This document shows, piece by piece, positions 26,459 to 34,461 of a DNA stretch of 64,000 bases. The stretch's first letter is position 1. Each line of letters begins with the position of its first letter. A program made the position numbers and the translations under genes. This stretch comes from a virus: positions 1-64,000 of IMG/VR virus record IMGVR_UViG_3300036832_001166; one strand, given 5' to 3'. The notes below the pieces were generated by a model. It saw only the letters and a program-made list of their open reading frames with translations. It searched no databases and was not told the origin of the DNA.

Positions 26459-26736
26459 CCGAGCGCGAGATCCTGCACGCCCGCCAGCAGGCGCGTCAGC
26501 AGCTCCTGGAGGAGCAGGCCGAACGTCAACGTCTGCGGGCGCCCGAGCCCGTCGAGTGGCACGGCGAGGAGCTGCCCTACGACGACACCGACGCCGACGT
26601 CGAGCGCGTGATCGTCGCGATCGCGGTCGTGATCCTGGTGATCGTCGCGCTGGTGTTCGGTGCATGGCCGTTCTGGATCGGCATGCTCGCGGCGGTGATC
26701 GTGGTGCCGCCGCTGGTGGTGCGCGCGTCACGTTGA
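26455..26736 (+). CDS. Two-TM membrane protein
   Basis: C-terminal hydrophobic helices. Confidence 0.55.
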   Translation: MTEREILHARQQARQQLLEEQAERQRLRAPEPVEWHGEELPYDDTDADVERVIVAIAVVILVIVALVFGAWPFWIGMLAAVIVVPPLVVRASR

Positions 26737-26809
26737 ACTTTTCGGAAGGGATGTCAGGTTCTGCGTCGAACTGACGACTACAGGATCAGACCCCGACCGA
26801 GGAGACCTG

Positions 26810-27193
26810 ATGTTCACCAAGCCACGCAGTGCCGTCGAGCTGTTTCAGGAGTTCAAGCTCGACTACGAGGCCGCGCTCAGCCCGTGCATGATCTGCCTGT
26901 TCGAGAAGTGCCCGGAGGAGGAGCAGGGCAAGCTGGAGGCGTTGCTTGATGCGTACGACCTGTTCCCGTCGCCGCCGTACTCGCCGGTGCAGCTCCGCCG
27001 GATCGAGGAGAAGATGGCGCCGCTGATCGACCGGGCGATGGCCGACCCGGCGGTCGTCGCGTCCGAGGATCAGCGCGAGGCGCTGTGGCGCGACACCGCC
27101 TGGTGGAAGAAGACGTGGAGCCGGGCTCGCTTTCGCGGTTTCGTGTGGAAAATGCGGGTTCGGCAGGTGGGCCGCCGCAAGCCTTGGGAGTAG
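26810..27193 (+). CDS. Hypothetical protein
   Basis: CCCCGACCGAGGAG RBS. Confidence 0.65.
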   Translation: MFTKPRSAVELFQEFKLDYEAALSPCMICLFEKCPEEEQGKLEALLDAYDLFPSPPYSPVQLRRIEEKMAPLIDRAMADPAVVASEDQREALWRDTAWWKKTWSRARFRGFVWKMRVRQVGRRKPWE

Positions 27194-27289
27194 GCTGGCG
27201 GCGCTTCGATGCGCCGCTCCTCCTTCCTCCGGTTCGTGTACGTGTTCGGGACGTTCGCGGCGGTGCTGTACATCTGCGCGCACTTGAGC

Positions 27290-27312
27290 TAGCGCACGTC
27301 GTGTGCTATCCT
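27290..27312 (+). promoter_or_regulatory. Operator copy plus -10 box
   Basis: TAGCGCACGTCGTGTGCTA with -10 TATCCT. Confidence 0.8.
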
Positions 27313-27358
27313 CTAGGTGGAGCCTGGAGGCTTCACTTCCCCGACCGAGGAGGCCACA

Positions 27359-27811
27359 TTGACGAGCGCGACTCGCGCCATCAGCACGGCCGCCGAGTGG
27401 GACTACAACGGCTACTTCGGCGCGGACCGCACAGTCACGCTGATCCCCGGCGAGTTCAACGCCGACGCCACCGACGTGTTCACCCGCGGCCACTGCCACA
27501 GCCTGGCGCTGGCGATCCGAGAGCTGATCCCCGAAGCGGAGCTGTTCGGCGTGTACGCCGAGGGCGAGCTGTGGCACGTGTTCGCGTGGATCCCCGGCTT
27601 CGGATACCTGGACGGTAAGGGGCTGGCCGAGACCGAGGAGGAGATCCTGGCCGGGTACGCCGTCGCCGAGATCCACTGGGTCGAGGACGAGGAGCTGGAG
27701 GATTTGGAGGAGCGCCAGGAGTACCGGCGCCGCCGGGTCGACGACGCGATCCCCTTCGCCCGAGCCCTGATCAGGCAAGTCGGCCTGACGGAGGTGGTCG
27801 CGGTTGCGTGA
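27359..27811 (+). CDS. Hypothetical protein with GHCH.LA...H..DG.G motif (possible papain-like fold)
   Basis: FTRGHCHSLALAI...LWHVFA...YLDGKG; TTG start after CCGACCGAGGAGG. Confidence 0.65.
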   Translation: MTSATRAISTAAEWDYNGYFGADRTVTLIPGEFNADATDVFTRGHCHSLALAIRELIPEAELFGVYAEGELWHVFAWIPGFGYLDGKGLAETEEEILAGYAVAEIHWVEDEELEDLEERQEYRRRRVDDAIPFARALIRQVGLTEVVAVA

Positions 27812-27836
27812 TGTCCGTGGCGGCCGGTAGCGTTCA

Positions 27837-27918
27837 GGTTGCGGTATGGAGCAGCGGCAGCTCGCCGAGGCGCTCCGCACGCCACGGAGATCGTGGGTTC
27901 GAGTCCCACTACTAGCCC
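27837..27918 (+). ncRNA. Atypical tRNA-like RNA (CCG in the anticodon loop; 8-bp anticodon stem; bulged acceptor stem; no encoded CCA)
   Basis: D arm GAGC-AGCGGCA-GCTC; stem CCGAGGCG/CGCCACGG around loop CTCCGCA; variable region AGATC; T arm GTGGG-TTCGAGT-CCCAC. Confidence 0.6.
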
Positions 27919-27920
27919 GG

Positions 27921-27950
27921 AGAGGGTCGGACCAGTCCGACCCTCTTTCT
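27921..27950 (+). terminator. Intrinsic terminator after the tRNA-like RNA
   Basis: AGAGGGTCGGA-CCAG-TCCGACCCTCT followed by TTCTT. Confidence 0.75.
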
Positions 27951-28178
27951 TGCGGGGCTCGCGCATAGGATTGTTCGGCCGAGCGCGCTGCCCTGGGGGC
28001 GCTCAGGGCGGAGGCGTCGCACGCCCGGCCGAGCTTTTGCAAGATCCTCCTTAGATGAACGGTACCCGGGGGCTGAAACTTCTCGCTAAATGCGAGGACG
28101 CTCACATCTGGAGCTAGCCGCGGCGCCCTCCCGGTGGCAGTATGCGGGGCGTCCGGACGACAGCGAGAAGGAGCACGT

Positions 28179-28373
28179 ATGCGGGTTGCAGAGATCGACG
28201 CCATGATGGCCGCCGGGATCCCGTTTGAGCGGATCGAAGCCGAGATCGAGTGCATGCAGGAGCCTGACGTCATCAAGAGCGCGCTCTGGCTGTATGCGTG
28301 GACGGAGTCCGATCGGCCGTCCCGGCGCCGCGCTGTCGGCGAACTGCTCACCGGGCTGGGGCTCTCGACCTAG
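28179..28373 (+). CDS. Hypothetical protein
   Basis: AAGGAG RBS; KSALWLYAW motif. Confidence 0.6.
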   Translation: MRVAEIDAMMAAGIPFERIEAEIECMQEPDVIKSALWLYAWTESDRPSRRRAVGELLTGLGLST

Positions 28374-28393
28374 CGCTCATCGTGTGCTATCCT
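28371..28393 (+). promoter_or_regulatory. Operator copy plus -10 box
   Basis: TAGCGCTCATCGTGTGCTA with -10 TATCCT. Confidence 0.75.
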
Positions 28394-28432
28394 GTAGGTG
28401 GGCCCGGAGAGGGCTCACGACCGAGGAGACCG

Positions 28433-28639
28433 ATGAGACAGGAAGCGACACAGCCGCAGCGAGAGTTCATGGAGCGCCTCGCGCTGGAGCACGGGCGCGT
28501 GAACATCCGCGACGGGTTCGCCGACGGCCACATCGTGATGAGCGTCGAGTCCGGCGCCGCCTGGATCGTCCCCCAGTACGGGACGCCACGAGCGACCCTG
28601 AACCATTCGGTGCGCTGGAGCGAGGCCTACGATGCCTAA
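28433..28639 (+). CDS. Hypothetical protein
   Basis: CGACCGAGGAG RBS. Confidence 0.6.
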   Translation: MRQEATQPQREFMERLALEHGRVNIRDGFADGHIVMSVESGAAWIVPQYGTPRATLNHSVRWSEAYDA

Positions 28640-28916
28640 GCCCAGCACCGGCAAGTACGACTGGTGGCCGGTCGGACCGCGGCAGTTCATGGACCGGCGA
28701 ATGGCGCTCAAGCGCGACGTCGGCATCGTCCGCTACGCGGTCCGCGCCTATCGCGGCGTGATCGTGCGTCGCGGCGCCGACGGCAAGGCCGAGTACGACA
28801 AATGTCCGCACGCCCATCAGAAGCAGGGCGCGGCACGGAAGTGCGCCGAGAAGGAAGCGCGGCGCCGTAACCGAGAGGCCAGGAAGGCCACATCACCGAC
28901 CGAGGAGAAGCCATGA
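28632..28916 (+). CDS. Basic hypothetical protein (CPHAH...A..CA)
   Basis: Overlap coupling. Confidence 0.6.
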   Translation: MPKPSTGKYDWWPVGPRQFMDRRMALKRDVGIVRYAVRAYRGVIVRRGADGKAEYDKCPHAHQKQGAARKCAEKEARRRNREARKATSPTEEKP

Positions 28917-29707
28917 ACTTAGGCTTTGGATACAGCCGAGGTGTCCCGGAGGACATCACCACAGCATGGGGCGCGCGACTGATCGCCCCGAACGATCTCC
29001 TGCACGACCGCCAGGACTTGAAGGCCGAGTCTGATGAGGCCAAGCAGGAGCTGATCGCCTGGCTCAACGGCGAGCCGAGCGGCCAGGGCGCGATCAGCAG
29101 GGCGCTCAAGGCGCTGAGCGAGCAGGCCTCTGAGCTGCGCTACCGCGAGGGTGAGTTCACCGTCTACGAGGACGAGGACGGCATCGTCGTCGGCAACACC
29201 CAGCAGAGCGGCGGGTACGTCTACGTCGCCGGTTGGTTGAAGCCTGACCGGCTGTCGGCCGAGGCGCGCGAGCGGCTGACCGAGATCCGCCGGATGACCG
29301 AGATCGGACGTACGCACGAGGATCTCAAGCAGGGGTGGTACGAGCTGATCCGCGGCGCCATCCCGGCGGAGCGCTGGGAGAAGGCGTACGGCTGGACGGC
29401 CGAGCAGGCCGCCAGCATGGACAACAGCAGCACCGAGGTGCGGCTCTTCCACGTCGCCACCGACGGTACGCGCCGGGAGATCGGCGAGAACGTTGACGTC
29501 GGCTACGAGTTCGGCTACGGCGGCACCGGCCCGCACGTCAGCGCGGCCGCGATCGTCCGTGACGTTGCAGGCGAGGGGTCCGACGCGGCGCGTCTGCGCG
29601 AGCTGGTGCCCGAGGTGTTCGGTCGTGACGCCGGGCACGACGACGAGCGCGTCGTGATCCGGGCCGCCGACGTCGCCGCCCGGCTGCGCGAGGCAGCGGC
29701 GGCGTGA
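28913..29707 (+). CDS. Two-domain hypothetical protein
   Basis: 264 aa; C-terminal YEFGYGGTGP..SA.AI motif; CCGACCGAGGAG RBS. Confidence 0.7.
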   Translation: MNLGFGYSRGVPEDITTAWGARLIAPNDLLHDRQDLKAESDEAKQELIAWLNGEPSGQGAISRALKALSEQASELRYREGEFTVYEDEDGIVVGNTQQSGGYVYVAGWLKPDRLSAEARERLTEIRRMTEIGRTHEDLKQGWYELIRGAIPAERWEKAYGWTAEQAASMDNSSTEVRLFHVATDGTRREIGENVDVGYEFGYGGTGPHVSAAAIVRDVAGEGSDAARLRELVPEVFGRDAGHDDERVVIRAADVAARLREAAAA

Positions 29708-29907
29708 CGTGTAGGTGCGGACGCCGTGACGCATGGCGCGTCACGGCGTACCGCTGCAACTACTCGGCGTTCAACGGCTACCACTACACGCCGAGCGACT
29801 ACAGCGAAGTGACGTGCAGCGAGGACGCCGGGGGCTGCGGCAGGCGGTGGCGCACCAAGGCGCGCTACGTCGAAGAGCTGCCACGGATGGCGCGTAGCTC
29901 ACGTTAG
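29704..29907 (+). CDS. Zn-ribbon hypothetical protein
   Basis: CRCG...CNYSAFNG..YT.SDYS.V.C...CG..WRT.A.YV. Confidence 0.6.
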   Translation: MTCRCGRRDAWRVTAYRCNYSAFNGYHYTPSDYSEVTCSEDAGGCGRRWRTKARYVEELPRMARSSR

Positions 29908-29959
29908 ACGTTAGGGGACGCTACACTGGGTCGGCGTACCCGACCCGAGGAGGACAAGA

Positions 29960-30460
29960 ATGCCCAGTGCGATGCAGGACGCGCCCGCCCAGAACGGCAG
30001 CGCGCCCCAGGTCCCGCACGCTGCCGAGATCGTCCAGCAGCTCCGCGCCCTGATCGACGAGCGACGCATCCGGCTCGCCGAGCTGGACCAGGAGCGCGAC
30101 CGGATCAACGCTGAGGTGAAGGCCTACGAGCAGGCGATCAAGCCGCTGACCGGAGAGCAGCCACGCAAGCGCGGCCGAGCCAAGGCCCAGCAGTCCGGGA
30201 ACCTGACGAGGGTCGGCACCGATCGCCTGGAGGAGCTGAAGAACTTCCTCCGCGCCTACGGTGCCGATCACGACGAGTTTCGGCAGGTCGACATCCGCGC
30301 CGCGATGGGTCAATGGGCGGACGGCGCCAAGATCAGCTCCGGCGCGAGCGCCTCGGCGTTTGAGACGCTGCGTCAGGAGCCGCACAACTTCTTGCGCATC
30401 GGCCGGGTGGACGGCAATTCGAAGTACTACCGGCTGACCCGTGAAGCGCTGCGGTCATGA
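29960..30460 (+). CDS. Coiled-coil plus putative DNA-binding domain
   Basis: N-terminal heptads, basic linker RKRGRAK. Confidence 0.65.
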   Translation: MPSAMQDAPAQNGSAPQVPHAAEIVQQLRALIDERRIRLAELDQERDRINAEVKAYEQAIKPLTGEQPRKRGRAKAQQSGNLTRVGTDRLEELKNFLRAYGADHDEFRQVDIRAAMGQWADGAKISSGASASAFETLRQEPHNFLRIGRVDGNSKYYRLTREALRS

Positions 30461-30939
30461 GCGCGTCGCGCAACGGCCGGGTCGACATGACCCTGCTGGG
30501 GATCTCCGACGCGGACATCCTCGGCATCCTTGATGACCTGAGCGACGAGAACGGCTGGGCGACGACGATGGCGGTCCGCGTTCAGCTTGGCGAGGACCCG
30601 TGGGTCCCGTCCACGGGCGAGCATCGCTCCGGCGTCGGCATTCGACTGGCATGGCTGCGGCGCTACGGCTGGCTGGAGAAGGGTCAGCGCGAGAAGATCG
30701 ACTCCGACGACGAGCGCGGCTGGCGCTGGTCGCAATCCTGGCGGCTCACCGCGATGGGGCAGGCGCTGCTTGACCACCCGGAGCTGAACCGGACTGTCGA
30801 GAAGGCGCTGGCCGGACTGAACCCCGCGCAGCGGCTGCGGATGGTCCGGGAGCTGGGGGAGTCGGGGTTCGGTGCAGCGCCCGAGATCCAGTCGGCGCTA
30901 CGTCGGCAGTGGCGACGCTCAATGCGCCTGCGCGCATGA
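30457..30939 (+). CDS. Winged-helix-like protein
   Basis: GIRLAWLRRYGWLEKG...WRLTAMG pattern. Confidence 0.6.
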   Translation: MSASRNGRVDMTLLGISDADILGILDDLSDENGWATTMAVRVQLGEDPWVPSTGEHRSGVGIRLAWLRRYGWLEKGQREKIDSDDERGWRWSQSWRLTAMGQALLDHPELNRTVEKALAGLNPAQRLRMVRELGESGFGAAPEIQSALRRQWRRSMRLRA

Positions 30940-31133
30940 CCAACGCCTGCTACTGCCTGTGCGGGATCAACCACCCGTCAGTCCCCGGCCTGTGCGGCGC
31001 GGTCGCCGAGACGAAGGTGTACTTCTGGGTCGGCGAGGAGCCCGAGCGCGAGCGGGTCGCCATACCGATGTGCTCGCGCTGCGCGGCCGCGACGCTGGCG
31101 CACAGCCCGGGAGCGTCGACGACATCGTCATGA
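30936..31133 (+). CDS. Zn-finger hypothetical protein
   Basis: CYCLC..NH..LC...MCSRC. Confidence 0.5.
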   Translation: MTNACYCLCGINHPSVPGLCGAVAETKVYFWVGEEPERERVAIPMCSRCAAATLAHSPGASTTSS

Positions 31134-31166
31134 GGCTGGGGGCTGACACGGCCGTACGCTTCCCAT

Positions 31167-32975
31167 GTGTCGGTCTCCGCACCCCCGCCTGCCGCTCCAG
31201 CCGCGCCTCCGCCCGGCGGCGGCACCGGTACGTGGAGCGCGCAGCTTCACCCGCGCGGCCGCGGCGGGAAGTGGATCGTCTCGCACGGCGCCGGGTACGG
31301 GCCCGCCGGGGCTGACCAGACCACCCAGCAGCTCCAGCAGCGCCTGAAGCAGCTCGGCTTCAATGTGCCCGCTGACGGCAAGTACGGGCCGCTGACCCAG
31401 CAGGCCGTCAAGGCGTTCCAGAACCGGTACGGGCTGACTCCCAGCGGCAGCGTCGACGCCGCGACGATGGAGGTCTTGCAGAACCCGCCCAGCCAGACGC
31501 TCAAGCAGGTGCAGACGGGCATGGCGGCCACCAAGAAGGCGGCGTCTACGGCCGCTCGCAAGACCGCCACCGCCAAGGCCAGGGCCAAGTCGAGCCAGCG
31601 TACGGCCAGGATCCGCGCGGGCTCAGGCAGCCCTACGCGGGCTCTGAACAGCACCGTGCAGGGGCCCGGCCATCTCGGCCAGGGCAACCTGCAGCAGGGC
31701 GCGGGCCTGACCGGCACCGCCAGCCCCGCGGTCTCCAACCTGCAGGCGACGCTCACCGCCGCCGGATACAAAGTCAACAAGGACGGGCGCTTCGGCCCGC
31801 AGACGGAGGCAGCCGTGAGACAGCTTCAGCAGGCGCACGGGCTCGCCGTTGACGGCGTCGTCGGACCCGAGACGAAGGGCCTGCTGATCGGGCTGGCGGC
31901 AAGCACCGCCAAGACGACGACGAGAGCCAAGCGCTCCGCCCGGATCACGAGCAAGTCGATCCCCGGGCAGCCCGCCGTCCTGCGCACCGCGGCGGGGACG
32001 CCACGTCACGGCAGCCGCAGCGCCGGGAGCCGCATGAAGCTGACGCCGCCGAAGAAGGGCCCGGGGATCCTGAAGTACTCGGCGGAGGTGCCGACTGAGC
32101 AGCCCGGGCTGGAGGAGACGACGGTCGCGTTCGGCTACGGCGGTCAGCCGTCGATGTCGATCAAGGATGCTCGCGATCAGGAGCCTGCCTACGACCAGCC
32201 GGTGTGGACCCGAACCAGCGTTCAGACTGACATCCCGGACCTGACCATCCAAGACGGCCGCGAGCCCTCCCCGCCGACACCGAAGCAGGGCGAGATCCTC
32301 GTCGACGGCCGCGAGCCGTCACCGCCGACGCTGCCCGGCCAGATGCTCGTCGACGGCCGCGAGCCCCCGCCGCCGCAGCCGACCGGCGACCTGACGATCC
32401 CGGACGGGCGCGTTCACGTCCAGACGATGACCCGGCTCGCCGAGGCCGTGCTGGCGCGCAGGGCCGCCAAGACCGGCGACGAGTTCGTGCGCGCCCGGGC
32501 TCGCGAGCGCGTGCTCCGCCAGCAGCTCGCCGAAGCCGGGCTGTACAAGGAGGCGCTTCACCCACGCGGCCGCGGCGGGAAGTGGATGCAGGCGCAGCGT
32601 GACCGGGTCGCGCCGTACTTCGATCTGACCAAGCCGCACGAGATGGTGCCCGTGGACGCGCTGCGGCCGACCAAGGAGGACCCGGAGTCGAGCTACCGCA
32701 ACGCCGCGAAGCGGATGGACGACGCGGCGCGAGGCGGGCTGGCGAAACGCAAGCCGGTGACCGCTCAGCGCGGCGCTGGCGGCAGGCTGCTGCTCGTCGA
32801 CGGTCACGCAACCGTGGAGGCACTCAAGCGCAAGGGCATCACGCACGTTCCGGCCGAGATCCGGCCGCGCGCCACGCCGCTGAACCCGAAGACCACGCAC
32901 GAGGCGATCCGCGAGCAGGAGCGGCTGGAGCGGGCCGCGATCGAACAAGAGAGCAAGCGAAGGAGAGCACGATGA
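31167..32975 (+). CDS. Modular protein: HPRGRGGKW motif, two peptidoglycan-binding domains, DGREP repeats, helical module, second HPRGRGGKW, ParB/Srx-like domain
   Basis: LQQRLKQLGFNVPADGKYGPLTQQAVKAFQ...GL..SG.VD and LQATLTAAGY...DGRFGPQTEAAVRQLQ..HGL.VDGVVGPET (PG_binding_1); VPVDALRP...KPV...LLLVDGH...ALKRKG..HVPAEI (ParB-like). Confidence 0.8.
   Translation: MSVSAPPPAAPAAPPPGGGTGTWSAQLHPRGRGGKWIVSHGAGYGPAGADQTTQQLQQRLKQLGFNVPADGKYGPLTQQAVKAFQNRYGLTPSGSVDAATMEVLQNPPSQTLKQVQTGMAATKKAASTAARKTATAKARAKSSQRTARIRAGSGSPTRALNSTVQGPGHLGQGNLQQGAGLTGTASPAVSNLQATLTAAGYKVNKDGRFGPQTEAAVRQLQQAHGLAVDGVVGPETKGLLIGLAASTAKTTTRAKRSARITSKSIPGQPAVLRTAAGTPRHGSRSAGSRMKLTPPKKGPGILKYSAEVPTEQPGLEETTVAFGYGGQPSMSIKDARDQEPAYDQPVWTRTSVQTDIPDLTIQDGREPSPPTPKQGEILVDGREPSPPTLPGQMLVDGREPPPPQPTGDLTIPDGRVHVQTMTRLAEAVLARRAAKTGDEFVRARARERVLRQQLAEAGLYKEALHPRGRGGKWMQAQRDRVAPYFDLTKPHEMVPVDALRPTKEDPESSYRNAAKRMDDAARGGLAKRKPVTAQRGAGGRLLLVDGHATVEALKRKGITHVPAEIRPRATPLNPKTTHEAIREQERLERAAIEQESKRRRAR
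32239..32418 (+). repeat. Tandem ~16-aa repeat (I/L/V)xDGREPxPP, three full copies plus one partial
   Basis: TIQDGREPSPPTP, ILVDGREPSPPTL, MLVDGREPPPPQP, TIPDGRVH. Confidence 0.75.
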
Positions 32976-33307
32976 CCCTGCTTGAAGACCGATTGCAGGA
33001 GGCCGTTGACGCGCGCAAGGCGGCGGCCAGCTCGACCGAGTTCGTGCGCGCCCGCGCTCGCGAGACGTACTTCCGCCGCCAGCTTGAGGAGAAGCAGTTC
33101 ACCGCCGCGCGCCGCGAGACGCTCGCCAAGAAGGGGAAGGCGATGCCGCACGGCGGCTTCCCGATCGAGAACGGCGCGGATCTCTCCAACGCGATCCAGG
33201 CGCTCGGCCGCGCGAAGAACCCCGAGGCGGCGAAGGCGCACATCATCAAGCGTGCGAAGGCGCTCGGACTGACCAGCAAGCTGCCGGACTCCTGGAACGT
33301 GAGCTGA
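32972..33307 (+). CDS. Small head-associated phage protein (recalled as DUF6582-like, unverified) with an N-terminal helical module
   Basis: R..LAKKG.AMP.GGFPI.N..DL.NAIQA.GRAKN...AKAHIIKRA..LG....LP.SW. Confidence 0.65.
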   Translation: MTLLEDRLQEAVDARKAAASSTEFVRARARETYFRRQLEEKQFTAARRETLAKKGKAMPHGGFPIENGADLSNAIQALGRAKNPEAAKAHIIKRAKALGLTSKLPDSWNVS

Positions 33308-33810
33308 TGCCGTACGCCTGCCGCGGCAACGACGTCATCCGCTCCGACACCGGCGCGGTGGTCAAGCATCACTCAACGCACGCGAAGGCGCTCGCGCACC
33401 TGCGCGCGCTAAAGGCCAACGTCGAGAGTCAGGAGGCCGAGTGGCGCTGGCTGGATGAGCACGCCGAGGAGTGGCTGCCGACCGACGAGCAGCTCGCGCT
33501 GGAGGAGTCCGAGAAGACGGCCGGGTACTCGGTGACCAAGTCGCCGTTCTCGGCGAGCACCACGAGCAACTGGATCGCTCGGCTCGGGGGGCTCCCGGCC
33601 TACATCCAGAACGTGGCCAAGGGGATCATGAAGCGGGGCAAGACCGAGTCGCAGGCGATCCAGATGGCCATCGGCGTGATCAAGAACTGGGCCAGCGGGC
33701 GCGGCAAGGTCAGTGCTGAGGTGCGCGCGGCGGCAGCGAAGGCGCTCGCCGCCTGGGAGGCCCTGAAGGCCAAGAACGCGGCCAAGAAGGGCGCCAAGAA
33801 GGCCGCATAA
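33307..33810 (+). CDS. Head-morphogenesis-associated protein (NWI..LGGLP.YI domain)
   Basis: NWIARLGGLPAYIQNVAKGIM..G..ESQAIQMAIG..K.WA.G domain, recalled from actinophage protease-associated proteins. Confidence 0.6.
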   Translation: MPYACRGNDVIRSDTGAVVKHHSTHAKALAHLRALKANVESQEAEWRWLDEHAEEWLPTDEQLALEESEKTAGYSVTKSPFSASTTSNWIARLGGLPAYIQNVAKGIMKRGKTESQAIQMAIGVIKNWASGRGKVSAEVRAAAAKALAAWEALKAKNAAKKGAKKAA

Positions 33811-33831
33811 GCGCACGACGTGTGCTATAGT
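33809..33831 (+). promoter_or_regulatory. Operator copy plus -10 box
   Basis: AAGCGCACGACGTGTGCTA with -10 TATAGT. Confidence 0.75.
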
Positions 33832-33837
33832 CGTAGA

Positions 33838-34020
33838 CGTCAGGTGAGGAGTTTCTCCCTGATTGGCGCGAGTCGCCGGTGGGCCCCAGAGGCTTCGACC
33901 CCAGGCATGGGCGAGCAGGCCCGGCGCCAGACTCGCAGCCCCAACGGGTGGCTGACAGCAAGCCCGCTCTGACCCCTGGTCCGACCGACTTACCAGGCTG
34001 AGAGATGAGCGGGCTTCGGG
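33838..34020 (+). ncRNA. Candidate structured non-coding RNA (four hairpin domains)
   Basis: Lies between two operator-promoters; stems TCAGG/CCTGA, GCGAGTC/GACTCGC with GGGCC/GGCCC, CAGCC/GGCTG, AAGCCCGCTC/GAGCGGGCTT with CCTGGT/ACCAGG. Confidence 0.5.
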
Positions 34021-34025
34021 CTATC

Positions 34026-34048
34026 TAGCGCACGTTGTGTGCTAGAAT
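34026..34048 (+). promoter_or_regulatory. Operator copy plus -10 box
   Basis: TAGCGCACGTTGTGTGCTA with -10 TAGAAT. Confidence 0.8.
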
Positions 34049-34090
34049 GGAGGTGCGGCCACGAGGCCGTGATCCCCGACCGAGGACACG

Positions 34091-34252
34091 ATGACCACCG
34101 AGAAGACGTTCACTATCACCTGCCAGCACGGCAAGTTCGCCAGTCGCTGGGTTGTGAAGGCGTACTGGCTCGGCGCGGAGCGTGTCGTGTACGAGAGCCC
34201 CAGCGTCTACGCCTGCTGCCGCTGGGTCGCCAAGCAGAAAGAGGAGGAATGA
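34091..34252 (+). CDS. Small hypothetical protein
   Basis: 53 aa read by hand, after CCCCGACCGAGGA. Confidence 0.55.
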   Translation: MTTEKTFTITCQHGKFASRWVVKAYWLGAERVVYESPSVYACCRWVAKQKEEE

Positions 34253-34461
34253 TGAGCTACGCCCCCGAGTTCGTCGCTGACGCCAGCGGCACGTGGGCCG
34301 GTAACGCGCTGCGGTTCGCCACCATGCTGGAGGCCGAGCAGTATGCCTTCGACCTGTCGATGCGCTGGACGCTAGTGCGCGATACGCGCGTCGTCGAATC
34401 CGACGATCCCGTCAACTACGCCATCGTCGACGGCGTGCTCAACAGGATCGAGGCAGGCTGA
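34252..34461 (+). CDS. Small phage hypothetical protein (N.LRFAT..EAE.Y..DL..RW)
   Basis: GAGGAGG RBS; TGATG coupling. Confidence 0.65.
   Translation: MSYAPEFVADASGTWAGNALRFATMLEAEQYAFDLSMRWTLVRDTRVVESDDPVNYAIVDGVLNRIEAG

Noticed and set aside
27837-27918. Canonical tRNA-Arg(CCG)
   Set aside because: The acceptor stem does not form 7 contiguous pairs, the anticodon stem is 3 bp too long and there is no CCA; kept as tRNA-like only.
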